Made by a program: the position numbers and the translations under genes
Assembly (NCBI GenBank): GCA_002269645.1
Contig: NIVC01002001.1
Location: forward strand, 62,001-126,000
Source of the DNA: Macrostomum lignano
Lineage: Eukaryota
DNA length: 64,000 nt
Direction: 5' to 3'
The notes under the pieces: model-generated
Databases searched by the model: none
The model's input: only the letters and a program-made list of their open reading frames with translations
Told to the model about the DNA's origin: nothing
Shown: in pieces, positions 1-24,900 of the stretch
How positions within the stretch are numbered: position 1 is the first letter of the stretch
Layout: every line of letters begins with the position of its first letter

Positions 1-995
1 AACCAACAACCATCAGACACAAACCAACAATTGCCCATCAGACACAAACCAACAACCATCAGACACAAACCAACAATCGCCCATCAGACACAAACCAACA
101 ATCGCCCATCAGACACAAACCAACAATTGCCCATCAGACACAAACCAACAACCATCAGACACAAACCAACAACCATCAGACACAAACCAACAACCATCAG
201 ACACAAACCAACAACCATCAGACACAAACCAACAATCGCCCATCAGACACAAACCAACAATCGCCCATCAGACACAAACCAACAATCGCCCATCAGACAC
301 AAACCAACAATTGCCCATCAGACACAAACCAACAACCATCAGACACAAACCAACAACCATCAGACACAAACCAACAACCATCAGACACAAACCAACAACC
401 ATCAGACACAAACCAACAATCGCCCATCAGACACAAACCAACAATCGCCCATCAGACACAAACCAACAATCGCCCATCAGACACAAACCAACAATTGCCC
501 ATCAGACACAAACCAACAATCGCCCATCAGACACAAACCAACAGTTGCCCATCAGACACCCATCAGACACAAACCAACAACCATCAGACAAACCAACAAT
601 TGCCCATCAGACAACCATCAGACACAAACCAACAATCGCCCATCAGACACAAACCAACAATCGCCCATCAGACACAAACCAACAATCGCCCATCAGACAC
701 AAACCAACAATCGCCCATCAGACAACCATCAGACACAAACCAACAATTGCCCATCAGACACAAACCAACAATTGCCCATCAGACAACCATCAGACACAAA
801 CCAACAACCATCAGACACAAACCAACAATCGCCCATCAGACAACCATCAGACACAAACCAACAATTGCCCATCAGACACAAACCAACAATTGCCCATCAG
901 ACAACCATCAGACACAAACCAACAACCATCAGACACAAACCAACAATCGCCCGTCAGACACAAACAAACCATCCCATCAGACACCCATCAGACAA
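1..995. repeat. Minisatellite of mixed 25-bp (CAGACACAAACCAACAATCGCCCAT) and 21-bp units, truncated by the window start
   Basis: Units are visible directly. The array explains ORFs 31..1416 (N-terminal part), 311..1072 and 495..1022. Confidence 0.95.
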
Positions 996-1018
996 ACAAA
1001 CACTCACCTACCCTACAG

Positions 1019-1416
1019 TTGACGAGTACTCGCAAATCCTGTGGAAGTACTTGGCCTTTCTCATTGCGATGAACGGCCTCATGCTGCTGCTCATTCTAAT
1101 CCTAACTGTTTTCCTACTTCTCAACGGGGAGCAATGGCTGAGCAGCATCCGAGGCATCCAAGATGGCGGAACCGCGGGTCTCATCGACCCGAATCGCAAC
1201 AGTCGAGGGTACTGGGATTTCGACTCCATGCTGCCGACGCAGGCTGGGCGGAGTAAAAAAGCCACCGTGGCCACGTCCGATGCCAGTTACTATGGCAACC
1301 GCTGGCCAATTCCTGGCCGATTTCGTTTGCCCCGTCTTAGAAAACAATTGGAATTGGCCTGGGACGGAATCTTCTTTCGGTATCCGAGCAGCAGCCGCGT
1401 GCAGAAGCAAAACTAG
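1019..1416 (+). CDS. Terminal exon of an unidentified membrane protein (upstream exons outside the window)
   Basis: Acceptor ccctacag|TT at 1018/1019. Open frame DEYSQILWKYLAFLIAMNGLMLLLILILTVFLLLNG...KQN* has one hydrophobic helix and GC-rich third codon positions. Stop TAG at 1414-1416. Family not recognised. Confidence 0.55.
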
Positions 1417-1420
1417 CGCT

Positions 1421-1803
<383 letters not shown>

Positions 1804-2592
1804 TTGTTGTTGTTTCTTGTTGGTTGTTGTTGTACGAGTAAGCAGTAGTAAAGTGAGACAAGCGAATGAATAACGACTATAATAAATAAAAACAAACAAG
1901 ATATAAAAACTAATAAAAGTTATGAAAGTGTATTTCGCTACAATATCCAGTATTCTATAGCCAAAATTTTCTCACTGATTATTACGTCTATGGAAGAAGA
2001 ATCCATGCAGTTGCTTGAAAACGTTACATTTGAATTTGAATTTAGTAGCAAAATATTTAATCCGGAAGTGCGTTAAAATCGTGAGATAATCAAATAATTG
2101 CAGCGCATTTTTTCACACAACAAAACCTTTTACGTGCAAATTACAAGTTTTTAATTAATAATACAAATCATTACCGACACAAAACATTACTGAAACAAAT
2201 CATTACTGACAATAAGGGTCACTGATGAAAATTGCTGACAATAAAAAATATTGAAACATTATCTCTTTCCCAAATATCTGCCCATATTATCGTTAAAGTC
2301 GTACGTTTGCTCAAGTATTCCTAAGTAAGCAGAAAAATATAAAACATTAAACTTTACATTGGAGCATTCATGTGCGAACATAAAAGACATCTGAAGATAA
2401 TAGCGGGATGAAAGCATTATGTTCTTCGTTTTCACATCAATTTCGTCACTAAAATATTGCTCAGTTCAAAGAGGAGAATTTCAACTCAAGTAGAAGGATG
2501 CGGAACTTGAAATTATTACAAAAACGAGTTCTTTTCGTTGATGAAAGCATTAGTGTGATAGAAAATATTTTGGCAATATAAATAAACAAAGG

Positions 2593-2593
2593 C

Positions 2594-2642
<49 letters not shown>

Positions 2643-2671
2643 GGCAGACAGACAGACAGACAGACAGACAC

Positions 2672-2734
<63 letters not shown>

Positions 2735-2763
2735 GGCAGACAGACAGACAGACAGACAGACAC

Positions 2764-2858
<95 letters not shown>

Positions 2859-2867
2859 CACAGACAC

Positions 2868-2900
<33 letters not shown>
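2593..2900. repeat. (CAGA)n microsatellite
   Basis: Tetranucleotide run. Source of the LSVC-type ORFs. Confidence 0.97.
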
Positions 2901-3000
2901 TACAAGCCATCACTGCCGCAAACCATCGCAGACAAAACACAGTTGGCTAAGATAAATTTTCATATTTTGCGTGTAACGGGGCTTTTCCACAGGCAGCCTC

Positions 3001-13231
<10,231 letters not shown>

Positions 13232-13486
13232 TTAATTTGCTTTCTTCTTCAAAAACACCGGCAGCAAATCTGTGCAGCATTGACTGTTGGGGTGCCAGCG
13301 CCCTGCCAAGTTGGAAATGTGCTCAGCTATAATTAGCCGTACTGAATGCGAAGGCAGTTTTCTGACAGATAAGCAATTAAGAAAACTACTGGTCGAGTCT
13401 CCAGTCTTACTAACCACATGTATCTCAATGACTGTGCAAATTTCTCAAGTCAAATGCGTGCGGTTTTTGGCCTTGCCTGCGTTCTG

Positions 13487-13499
13487 GTTGCTTAGCAAC
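13487..13499. promoter_or_regulatory. RFX X-box upstream of TTLL10
   Basis: GTTGCTTAGCAAC fits GTNRCY-N-RGYAAC and lies about 270 bp upstream of the inferred ATG. X-boxes are the established promoter element of ciliary genes. Confidence 0.65.
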
Positions 13500-13847
13500 T
13501 AGTTATTATACTAAAAACGGGGAATATGCATACGGATAGTTGCAAGAGAAATTTGGCTTGAAGAAAAAATCCACCCCTCCCTGGCTGGAGGGTCGGCTTG
13601 TATCCTAGTGACAGCAGAGAGAGAGAGAGGGGGGAGAAGGGGAGAGTGGGAGCCAGTGTGCAGTGGTGTGCGTGTGTGTGGGCCAGCCAATCTCTAAATA
13701 GTACCTCTAAATAGGATACGGCTACACGCGAGGTTGAAAAATGTTGAAGCACAATAGGAATTGACTTGGATTGCATTATGGATTAGATTAATGCGTTCAT
13801 CATTCAGGTTTCAGAGGGGTCTGGATGATTGTGTTTTGGTTCATTGA

Positions 13848-14530
13848 TTAGAATCTGGCGCCATTTAATAATCTATAGATTCTGGCGCCATTTAATAATC
13901 TATAGATTCTGGCGCCATTTAATAATCTATAGATTCTGGCGCCATTTAATAATCTATAGATTCTGGCGCCATTTAATAATCTATAGATTCTGGCGCCATT
14001 TAATAACCTATAGATTCTGGCGCCATTTTTTCAATCTATAGATTTTTGGCGTCATTTATCAATCTATAGAATCTGGCGCCATTTTTTTCAATCTATAGAT
14101 TCTGGCGCCATTTATCAATCTATAGATTTTTGGCGTCAGTTATCAATCAATAGAATCTGCAGGCGCAATTTATCAATCTAAAGAATCTGGCGCCATTTTT
14201 TCAATTTTAGAATCTGGTGCCATTTATCAATCTACGGAATCTGGCGCCATCTATCAATCTATAGATTTTTGGCGCCATTTATCAATCTATAGATTTTTGG
14301 CGCCATCTATCAATCTATAGATTTTTGGCGCCATTTATCAATCTATAGATTTTTGGCGCCATTTATCAATCTATAGATTTTTGGCGCCATCTATCAATCT
14401 ATAGATTTTTGGCGCCATTTATCAATCTATAGATTTTTGGCGCCATCTATCAATCTATAGATTTTTGGCGCCATCTATCAATCTATAGATTTTTGGCGCC
14501 ATTTATCAATCTAAGGAATCTGGCGCCAGT
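13848..14530. repeat. 27/28-bp minisatellite containing the palindromes TGGCGCCA and ATCTATAGAT
   Basis: Periods of 27 (13861 to 13888) and 28 (14281 to 14309). About 24 copies. Confidence 0.95.
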
Positions 14531-15925
14531 TTAGCTAATCGATACTAGTCTGCATTTTTACTATTCATTTTAATAATGGACCAGATATCTTACCTGCAAG
14601 TGGCAAATCTTGAGTTTGGCACTATTATATAATTATATAACGCAATTTAAGCAAAGACAAATTATTAGAACTTTCCCAGGTTGGTTAGCAGAGTTCTCTG
14701 TCTCCAAAAAAACTGAATACAGAGGTACCTGAGTATCTCAGATGTTGTGCATTTATACTGTGTACCAACCCCTACCTGCCCGTTTGCACTGCTGCTATAA
14801 TTATCGGCCTATAAAAAATGACAGTCAAAACTAACAATGGATTCGTTCTGATGCGCCTTCTCTGTGCACAGTTTCTCTCTCTGTGTCTCTCCCTCCCCCC
14901 TCTCATCTGCTTTTAATGCTTCAAGCAGCTTTCTCTGTCTTTCTTTAGCTTCTCTCGTCAGCAGAGCACAGTTGCACTAGCCAAATAGGCAGTTTAGTAT
15001 GCAGGTATGCCAATGCGTAGACCAAGCTGTCTCTATGGCTCTTTAGCCGCTATCTAAACAGGAAGACACTTGTGTTCAATGGAGCGATGAGAGATGCCAA
15101 AAGGCTGCCTTCCCGTTTCCTTCGCCTTCGGGTAGGCATATATCGTTCAGTTGTGTAGCGCTGAGCTCATTACATTGTAGAACCTAGATGAGTCTGCCAC
15201 TGCATTCTTTTATTGCCATCAGGTCGCTAATTTGAGCCCAAGAATTTGAATTTCCACACCTTTCTGCCTCATCATCGTCATGAACTGAGCACGCGAAATA
15301 GTTTTATTGCCTGGAGAGTAGGTTTCTAGAGATGCGAGATGTTAGATCTTGCTTTATGGCTGCACCCAAGGACCACTATAGTAGTTTAGTAGTCCTTGGC
15401 TGAACCTGTGCGATGCTCTGCTGTGCGAAGCTCGTGTAAATAAAACAGCTAGAATGCTTATTCCGATTTATTGTCACCTACTTTATGTGCTTTTGGTACA
15501 ATATATAGATGCGAACATTCAATTTAAAAGTTTACAACACAAATACAATCTTTAAATCAAGACCATTGGCATATCCGCCGAGAAAAAAATAACAATAAAC
15601 ATGTACTTTTGAATTTTTCCTCCATACAGAAGCGAATAGCTGCTTTTCTGGAATTGTAGGAAGGAATCTTCCGTTTATGTTTTGTAAACATAACTGAAAG
15701 TGAAACTGCCATAACGGCATAACCTCAATTATATTAATTTCTAAATATTTAAATTTGCGACCGTATATAAAGCTGTCATCAAATTGCTCAATTTTCTGCA
15801 TTTTCATTCAGCAAACGCTTTATATTTTTATTTGCAAGTGTTTTACATCCCTTGGTAATACTAAGAGGAAAAGTCATGCTAGCTAATTGCAATTTACACA
15901 GGCAATTTAAAACAGCATTTCAAAT

Positions 15926-15939
15926 GTTGCCACAGAAAC
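15926..15939. promoter_or_regulatory. RFX X-box upstream of TMEM231
   Basis: GTTGCCACAGAAAC lies about 255 bp upstream of the ATG at 16194. It is an imperfect match to GTTGCCATRGNAAC. Confidence 0.55.
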
Positions 15940-16193
15940 CGTCGCAAGTTACGAATAAAAACTAAATTGTAGCGCAATACAATAGTTATAAAAACTGTGG
16001 TCACTTATAGTTAAGAAAAACTCTATTTTAAATAAAAAATTACTAAAAAATAAAAGCAATTCTAAAGAAATGTCTATTTAAGATGCGCCATTGTATAAGT
16101 TTAGTTTTCGAATTCCTACAGAATTACTTGCCAATTTCAGTCAAATCAAGTTTGTCTAACAACTCGGGTTGTAAATTCCTAAGCATCAGGAAA

Positions 16194-17158
16194 ATGTTTG
16201 AGATATTCTGGCAACCTGAGATTAGAAAATACAAAGCTGGACTTTGTTCTAAGGCTTTTGTCTTTAGTTTTATGTGTGTCGCTGCTACTTTCGTTTTTCC
16301 AATAATAATTGTCTATCGTTCGCATGGTAGGTCCTTTCGATCAACTTTACTCATTTTTGTTCGCAGCCCATTGCTCATTTTACCTGAATTCTTGACTTAA
16401 TGCTTTTCTATAGATAAAAAATAAAATATTTCTGTTAGCAGACTTTCATTTCATTGTAGGCTTAGTAATGACTAATGTTCAGTGAAATTGCATCAATTTT
16501 ATAATAAGGTTTTGTGTCCAAGGTTTGATATTAAAAAGTATTTGTATTCTAAGTTGATGCACTCAAGTAGGCTGTAGTCAAGAGTAAAATATGCTATATT
16601 TACTATTTCATTTTGATTCTTTAGAATGGATATTAAAGCATAACTGAGTTAAATGTTTTATAAATCAATTTTTTTGTCGCTTGCTTACTATGTCTATATT
16701 CAGACTTCAGTTAGACTGTTAGAAAACCATCTCAACAGTATAACTTTAAATAAGAGGCTAAAATGCTATTCTTGTGTATAGTGAGAAATTTTTTTGTGAA
16801 AAAAAGAGTTATAAATGGAATGTGTCATTGTTTTTTATTTAACTTTAATATAAAAATGTATATTTAACTACCAATGGACAGTGATTTTGAATTTATGGTA
16901 TTTTAATAGTTATTATGAAATATATGAGGCCAATAAGTTGTAGCTAATAGTTTGTGTAAACTTCTAGTCTTCTATATAAAATAAAGCAATACTAAAATGA
17001 AGATTATTAGGCCTATCTAAAATATAATGCTTTATTTTCCTTAGAATGCATATAAATGGTATTATAAACAATTAAAAATAGCATAAATCATTACATATAA
17101 TTTGTGCAGTCTCTGGTCTATATTGATCGATTGATGTTTACAAAGGTAATTTTTTTAC

Positions 17159-17214
<56 letters not shown>

Positions 17215-19965
17215 AATAATGACAATAGCTATAGCTTTGAAAAGTTTCAAAGGACTGTGTTCCCTTTTTCAATAACAGTTTTTCATGTTTATTTAGCTGA
17301 AACTGGTGTTGTGTAAATATATAAATATTGCAATTTCATTTTTGCATTTTGAAGCTAAACAAAACGTTTCACTTCCCTACAAAGGCTTCTGGGCCACCGA
17401 GGACACCTACAGGGAGCAGCCTGCAGTCGGCTTCAAGCGTCAGGCCATTCTTCAACTGCAGACCTCGCAGCAGCAGTACACCTGGAGCACCTATCCCAAC
17501 CTTAACAATCTGCAACAATCCAATCTGCTCTCGCCTGTACTTCGAATTCGCGAAGTTGACAGCAACCTTGACGGTCGAAACGACTTTTTGCACCTGCAGA
17601 TGGAGATTCCTCTGGCGGACACAGAGTCTGTTCAGTCTGTTGGTCTGATGCTCGTGTTCGACTACTGGATTGTTGTGAGTAGCTAGTTTAGCATTTCTAA
17701 TGAATGTATTGTTTTTTTGTTGCAGATTCTTGTAATTAACAAATCAGAGAGCAATCTAGCGTTCATTAGTACATGATGATATTTTCACAGTAAAATTAAA
17801 TTTCGAAAATTAATATGCTCAGCGTTTAAAGTCGTTTATTAACAGCGCCGAAATAGGTCAAAAGCGTCAAAAGCCGATAGGTCAGATGGCGCTAAGATCA
17901 GTGTCATATGGCGCTAAAAATCAGTGTCATATGGCGCTAAAAATCAGTGTCAGATGGTGCCTAGATCAGTGTCAGATGGCGCTAACATCAGTATCAAAAT
18001 GGCGCCAAAATCAGGGTCTTAGCGCCAAAGTCAGTGTCAGATGGCACCAAAGTCAGCGTAAGATGGCGCCAAAATCTTAGAGTATCAGGTGGGTACTAGA
18101 AAAAATTATGTCAAAATGGCGCTAAACGAATCAGTGTGTTGAGTCGAGAAAGTTGTAGCTTAGATACAAACTAATTGATTCGGGAGTATAATGGATACAA
18201 AAAATTAAACAAAATTGAATCTAAGTTTTCACGATACTACTGTAAGCGCAAAGTTAAGATTTTTTATGCCGTCTTTTTGGCTGTTTTTTATTATGAATAT
18301 CCAAAAACCCTGCAGCGGATGTCAAACTTTCGCATGGAGTCGCTGGCCCTCATTAATTACGACTCGAGTCTGGCTGGCTCCACCCTCACTGTGAGCGGCG
18401 ATCTGACTCTCAACCAGAAGGAGCTGCTTGGATACAAGGGCACCGATCAGAGATATGTTGTGAGCATTTTAGCATTTATTCCTGTGCTGTCTTTGAGGCC
18501 TAGAGAATTAAAATGTTGCATCCAAATTGTATACAGTAATCCTTAAATCAATTCTAAAGTCCTTCAGGGACTGAGCAGCTCCCCTAAGTCCTTCAGGGAC
18601 TGAGCAGCTCCCCTAAGTCCTTCAGGGACTGAGCAGCTCCCCCAAGTCCTTCAGGGACTGAGTAGCTCCCCCAAGTCCTTCAGGGACTGAGCAGCTCCCC
18701 CAAGTCCTTCAGGGACTGAGCAGCTCCCCCAAGTCCTTCAGGGACTGAGCAGCTCCCCCAAGTCCTTCAGGGACTGAGCAACTCCCCCCAAGACCTTCGG
18801 GGACTGAGCAGCTCCCCTTAAGTCCTTCAGGGACTGAGCAACTCCCCCCAAGTCCTTCAAGGACTGAGCAGCTCCCCCCAAGTCCTTCAGGGACTGAGCA
18901 ACTCCCCCCAAGACCTTCGGGGACTGAGCAGCTCCCCCAAGTCCTTCAGGGACTGGGCAGCTCCCCCAAGTCCTTCAAGGACTGAGCAGCTCCCCAAGTC
19001 CTTCAGGGACTGAGCAGCTCCCCCAAGTCCTTCAGGGACTGAGCAGCTCCCCCAAGTCCTTCCGGGACTGAGCAGCTCCCCCAAGTCCTTCAGGGACTGA
19101 GCAACTCCCCCCAAGACCTTCGGGAACTGAGCAGCTCCCCTTAAGTCCTTCAGGGACTGAGCAACTCCCCCCAAGTCATTCAAGGACTGAGCAGCTCCCC
19201 CCAAGTCCTTCAGGGACTGAGCAACTCCCCCCAAGACCTTCGGGACTGAGCAGCTCCTCCAAGTCCTTCCGGGACTGAGCAGCTCCCCCAAGTCCTTCAG
19301 GGACTGAGCAGCTCCCCAAGACCTTCGGGACTGAGCAGCTCCCCTTAAGTCCTTCAGGGACTGAGCAACTCCCCCCCAAGTCCTTCAGGGACTGAGCAAC
19401 TCCCCCCCAAGTCCTTCAGGAACTGAGCAAACAACTTCTTATCCTTATCTAGTCACACTAATCGGTCTAATCCCTACAGCTTGTCCTCCATAGCTTGATC
19501 CCTTGCCCCTTTTCACTCATTTCATTTCAGACCCCAGTCGTGAACTCATCCAGCATGGTCGCTTCGGACTACAAATTGTCTACCATTTTTGCCAAATACC
19601 AGAAACGAAACAGTAAGTGTCCTACGTTTATAACCGAATAAAAATATATTGAAAATTACGCTTAACTATTGTATATTTTATAACCCATTCCAGTCACTAC
19701 CAGCTTTGAAAACGCACTTTACTCGTGGGAGACCGGCAGACCTGCCGGGGAGCCGTTTAAGATTAATGCTACAATATTTTATACCACGCCATTAATTAGC
19801 TACCGGCCGGGCTTCTGGTACGCGCTAAAATGGGCCTGGGTTCAGTACGTGTCAGTGATGCTAATTTTCCTATTCATTGTCGATCGAGTCAAAGTGTTCG
19901 TCTTCGAGAATCAAATCGTGCCCTCAGTGGTTCAGAGGCCGCATTTCGACTGCAAGAGAATATAA
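16194..19965 (+). CDS. TMEM231: Ciliary transition-zone protein TMEM231, 5 exons, 306 aa
   Basis: Exons 16194-16326, 17385-17674, 18316-18459, 19531-19612 and 19694-19965 (921 nt, phase-consistent). Motifs [53 protein letters not shown] and [19 protein letters not shown] match the TMEM231 family. Confidence 0.95.
17158..17210. repeat. (AAT)n microsatellite in TMEM231 intron 1
   Basis: Trinucleotide run. Confidence 0.9.
17880..18126. repeat. Degenerate ~22-bp repeat with an ATGGCGC core in TMEM231 intron 2
   Basis: About 9 diverged units of GTCAGATGGCGCTAA(G/A)ATCAGT. Confidence 0.7.
18553..19430. repeat. 29-31-bp minisatellite (AAGTCCTTCAGGGACTGAGCAGCTCCCC) in TMEM231 intron 3
   Basis: About 29 tandem units. 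Confidence 0.95.
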
Positions 19966-20949
19966 AATTAAAACTTTTATTGCATGCCACACGCTTAAAG
20001 TTGTAAAATCTCTGGCCTTACTGACCCTCTCTGACCATGCTCGCTTCTGATTGGCTGGCGCCAACTTTCAACACCCACCCCCTCTAACTGGATTGTACAC
20101 CGATTTTTTTCTTACCCTCTAACTTGACGCCTATTGGACGAATGAATTATCTAGGAAAAAAGAATTCTCTTAGTCTTGCACTTTTAGCTTGTCTGATGAT
20201 GAATTTCATCAACGCTGTGACCTTGTTTACGCCTCATGTCAGCTGACACATCACGGAGAAATGCTAGATAAACAAAATGTTATTACACCATAATCCTTGT
20301 CTGCCTCTTGCTGGTATCAAGAAGGTATAATGAATGTACTTGTGAATTTATTGATCCTTCTGTTGTACAATTAACTCCTGTATAAAAATTAATACTACTA
20401 CTTTCTTACTGGCCTATTTATTGTAAAAATCTACTGCAAGCCTTTAAAAGTTATGAATTTTTAAGTAGCTAAATAAAGTTTACTTATAAGTAAGACACAT
20501 ATGGGTTACTAATCTGCATTCCTAATTACCTTGTCTGCTTTTTGTACTTTTTAAATATAATATATCTGATACCACTGCGTAATTTTAGTTCCTATCACAA
20601 TTAATTTATTTTTCAAAATTATTAATAGTAAAGTTTATTGTCAAAGTATATAATATTTTTTCACTATTATTTTTAATTGACCCAAACGAGAAATTTAAAT
20701 GTGCTGCTGCGCTTCTTGGCTGGTGAGTATACTCAGTTGCTCATCTGAGAACTGCCTGGAGTTGAACTGCAGACTGACGCTGAGCAATTGAAGGTTCGAG
20801 GCGGAGGCATATCTTTTTACAATCGAATGTGACTCAGACACGCCTGCAGTCATTCGAGCAGAAGCAGAGCCGCAGGTTGAGCTCACTTTACAGACAGCAG
20901 GCCTGCTAGAGGCCTGCAGTGTCTTTACATGTAGCTGTTGTATGTATGT

Positions 20950-21208
<259 letters not shown>

Positions 21209-21981
21209 GTCTTTTCTTTAGGTTTTTTAATAGGAAATTCGCCTCATTTCTACTAATAAGAACTGTACGCATCATTCGTATATATTTACATCACGAAGCA
21301 GCAAAGCACATCAAGAGTGAATATTTATATTGAATAAAACCCGCGAAAATATCAGTTTTAAAAGCACTGCAGAAAATACAGTTAAACACTGCCATCTGTT
21401 TCGTGAATATTTCATCTTCAATCGGAACAGACTTTAGTTTCAAGCCCCAGCAGAGCAATAGCTTAAGGTGATAAGTAATTTTAATAATATTGCACACACC
21501 TAGAATATGGACTGGCAGGACTGAGCAATGGAGCAGTATTCTGACATCATTTGCTGATTAATGAGTGGATATAACATCGAACGTAAATGGCGCTTGAGAT
21601 ATGTTTACAATACATAAATGAAAGCATGTAATGTACCCAGAATGTACATGACATCACGAGCTACTGTAATTGATAGCAAATTGCACACAGCTGAGGCTAA
21701 TATAATCGCAAAAATGTTTGCATTGTTGCAAATTCTACGCGCAAAGTGAAATAAACGAACACGAAAAAATTAGATTATTTCTACAGTATTTCTAGGAAAC
21801 CGTGTCTGTGTGTTTCCTAGAAAAAGGTGCTATTCGATCATGGCTCTCCAGATCACAGCCTTACCTGAGCGGTTAAAGACAGCAGAAACCTAAAATTTTG
21901 ACCCATGAATCCCGATTTTTCCTCCTCATTGATCCCATTCGATGCAGCTCTTATCGATTTCAAAGCAAAATTGGCCAAACG

Positions 21982-24900
21982 TCACCCTTTCCCGTTGCTC
22001 CCTGCATCCTCCTTCGATCCTTTCAGCACTTCGCCGATCTCTTTCAGCGCCGCGATCGAGTCGCCGATGTGTCCGTGAAGTTCCGACATGCCAGAGCCGC
22101 CATTGGTCATAACAGCCTTTGACGCGGTCAGAATACCTTTGAGATGGTGCGCAAACCTGTTGATCACCTCCTCCAGTCGCAATCGGAGCTGTCTCGCGTG
22201 CAGAGCGTCGTGCAGCAGGATGGCCGTCTGGTTCAGCTTGAAGCCCCGCGACACCGCATTCTTGCTCAGAGCGCCTACCACAAGGCTGGCCTGTCCTGAG
22301 TACAGCGCCCCGGACAGGTCCTGGCACATCGCCTCGTAGATCCGAGAACTCGTAGCGATTTTCTCCGCAAAAAAGGTCAGAGCCTCTCGGTCGGCTCGAG
22401 TCAAATTGCCAAATTGACCAGACGGATCGGCTGTCGCTGCTCCGTTGCCAGTAGCAACCGTTGTAGCGTTTAGAGCGTCGTTCATTGAGCTCATTCGCAT
22501 GTAGAGGCTGGTGTTGCAGCTGCCGTAGTCTCCGTTGCTTGATGCGTGCTTCTGCTGCTGCTGTTGTTGTTGTTGTTGTTGTTGCTGCTGCTGCTGCTGC
22601 TTCAAGGGAGGGAACAGCAGCGTAGCGTTGGCTTGCACGGTGGTCGACAGAGCTCGTTGTTGGATTTGGAGTTCGCGTAGAGCGCTGACTGAGATGCCCA
22701 GGTAGTCCGTGGCAACTGCGGCGGCTGCTGAGGCGACGGCTTTGGCCGACCAGCTGATTCTGTGGAGCGTTTGAAAGGTAAAATTCAGATCCTTGTCTAT
22801 ATTATAATTATCTGTGACACGTGAATACTTCCTTGACTAGAACAAGGTCACATCCTTGACTAGAACAAAGTCACATCCTTGACTAGAACAAGGTCACATC
22901 CTTGACTAGAACAAAGTCACATCCTTGACTAGAACAAGTTACATCCTTGACTATAACAAGGTCACATCGTTGACTGGAACAAGTTACATTCTTGACTAAA
23001 ACATGCTTACATCCTTGACTAGAACAAAGTCACATCCTTGACTAGAACAAGGTCACATCCTTGACTAGAACAAGGTCACATCATTGACTAAAACAAGGTC
23101 ACATCCTTGACTAATACAAGGTTACATCTTTGCCTAGAACAAGTTACATTCTTGACTAAAACATGGTTACAACCTTGACTAGAACAAAGTCACATCCTTG
23201 ACTAGAACAAGGTCACATCCTTGACTAAAACAAGGTCACATCCTTGACTAAAACAAGGTCACATCTTTGCCTAGAACAAGTTACATTCTTGACTAGAACA
23301 AGGTCACATCCTTGACTAGAACAAGTTACATCCTTGACTAGAACAAGGTCACATCCTTGCCTAAAACAAAGACACATCATTGACTAAAACAAGGTCACAT
23401 CCTTGACTAAAACAAGGTAACATCCTTGACTAAAACAAGGTTACATCTTTGCCTAGAACAAGCTACATCCTTGACTAGAACAAGTTAAGCGTACATCCTT
23501 GATTCAAACAAGGTTACATCCTTGTCTGCAACATGTTACACATTACAACGGGTCTGTCTACATCTCAAAACCCAACCATAGGTTGAATCACACAAACAGC
23601 CACAGCATCCCACCTGTCCAGCTGAGCAACGCTCTCCCCCAGCTCCGCCTGGCTCTGCTCCATTGCTCTCAGGTGTTTCCACAGCTTCCTGGCCAGCGCT
23701 CTGTCAGGACAGCTTTCCAGTCGGGAGTTGTTCAACACACCGTAAAAGAAGTCCACCAGCTGGTCCAAGAAGCCCCGAGCCTCCCTCAGCGTCAATCGGA
23801 TCCCAGCGGCGTTCAAAGCCAAGGAGGCTTCGGTCTTCCAGCGGCTGTGCACGAAGCGGTACATCCGTGCGCAGCGCTCGCCGAAGTCGCGCTCGAGGTC
23901 GCGCAGCAGTCGAATCGCGTCCGCCTGATCCAGCTGGATTCGACACTCGGGCCGGAACTGGATGTCTTCGGAGGCCACGGAGTCCAGGCTCGTCGGCGTG
24001 TGGCTTCTGGCGTCTCTAGACTGTCTCTGACGCTTTTCAACGTCATCCTGGTGCCGCTGCTGCGCCGACTCCAGACTACCCGGTGCCAGCAGGCTGTCCA
24101 GGAACTCCTTGGTGATAGTGTGCTTCGATCCGGACGCGTCCTGAGTCGGCGGCGGCAGGACCCGATCGCGGAGGTTCTGGTAGTCGCTTCTGGATGACTT
24201 CGGCGGCGGCGGCGGGGGTGGCGGAGGCAGCTGCGGCTGTTGCTTCTGCCGCAGCGAGATCTCCTCTGATGACGTTGGCGAAGGATCCACGACGATGGCG
24301 CTTGGAACGTCTGGCAGCTCGTCGTAGGTATCGGAGATCTGCCGCTTCAGCCTCTCCGGGTCATCGTAGGGCTCCGGGTCGTCAACGATTGGCTTCTCGG
24401 AGGGACGCTTGAGCACCTCGGCGTAGATCGGCTGCTGCTGATCGTCAAACCTCACCGACTTTCCGCCGCCAGATGTCGCCGCTGGGGCTGCTGCGGCCGA
24501 TTGCCTCGGCAGTGGCGGCGCTGGCGTTGGCGCGGTCGCTGGAGCAGCTGCTGACGTGGCCGACGAAGTTGAAATCCCGCTGGATCGTCTGGAGGCTGCC
24601 GTGGCCGCCGCCGCCATCGCCGCCGCAGCAGCAGCCGACGCGTCCTGAGGTCCGGAGAGGCGAACTAGGCTATCGGGAGTGTCGTAGAAGTCCCAGCTGC
24701 TGCCGCGCTGGTGCTGCAGCTCTGCCGAGTTTCTCGGCGGCAGCTCCGGCCCGGAGACCGCCTTCGGCGGCAGGCGGGGCTTCTCGGGAGCCTGTGAGAT
24801 GGAAGAGCGAGAGAGTCGCTGTGGAGACGTCTGGGAGCTCCAAGCTTGCTTGCACCCTACACTCTTTCCTTGTCTGCCCCACCCTCCCTTGTCTCCTCCA

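Noticed and set aside
1008-1274. Minus-strand first exon using the AG|GTGAGT at ~1008 with the X-box at 1286 as its promoter
   Set aside because: The minus frames stop early or look non-coding. The plus frame has an acceptor, a transmembrane helix and coding-like third positions. Not fully excluded.
15367-15400. Hairpin CCAAGGAC...GTCCTTGG as a small RNA gene
   Set aside because: Too short for a pre-miRNA, with no other supporting motif.
20695-20886. 63-aa minus-strand ORF between TMEM231 and Cas
   Set aside because: No ATG start, no splice context and no recognisable motif.
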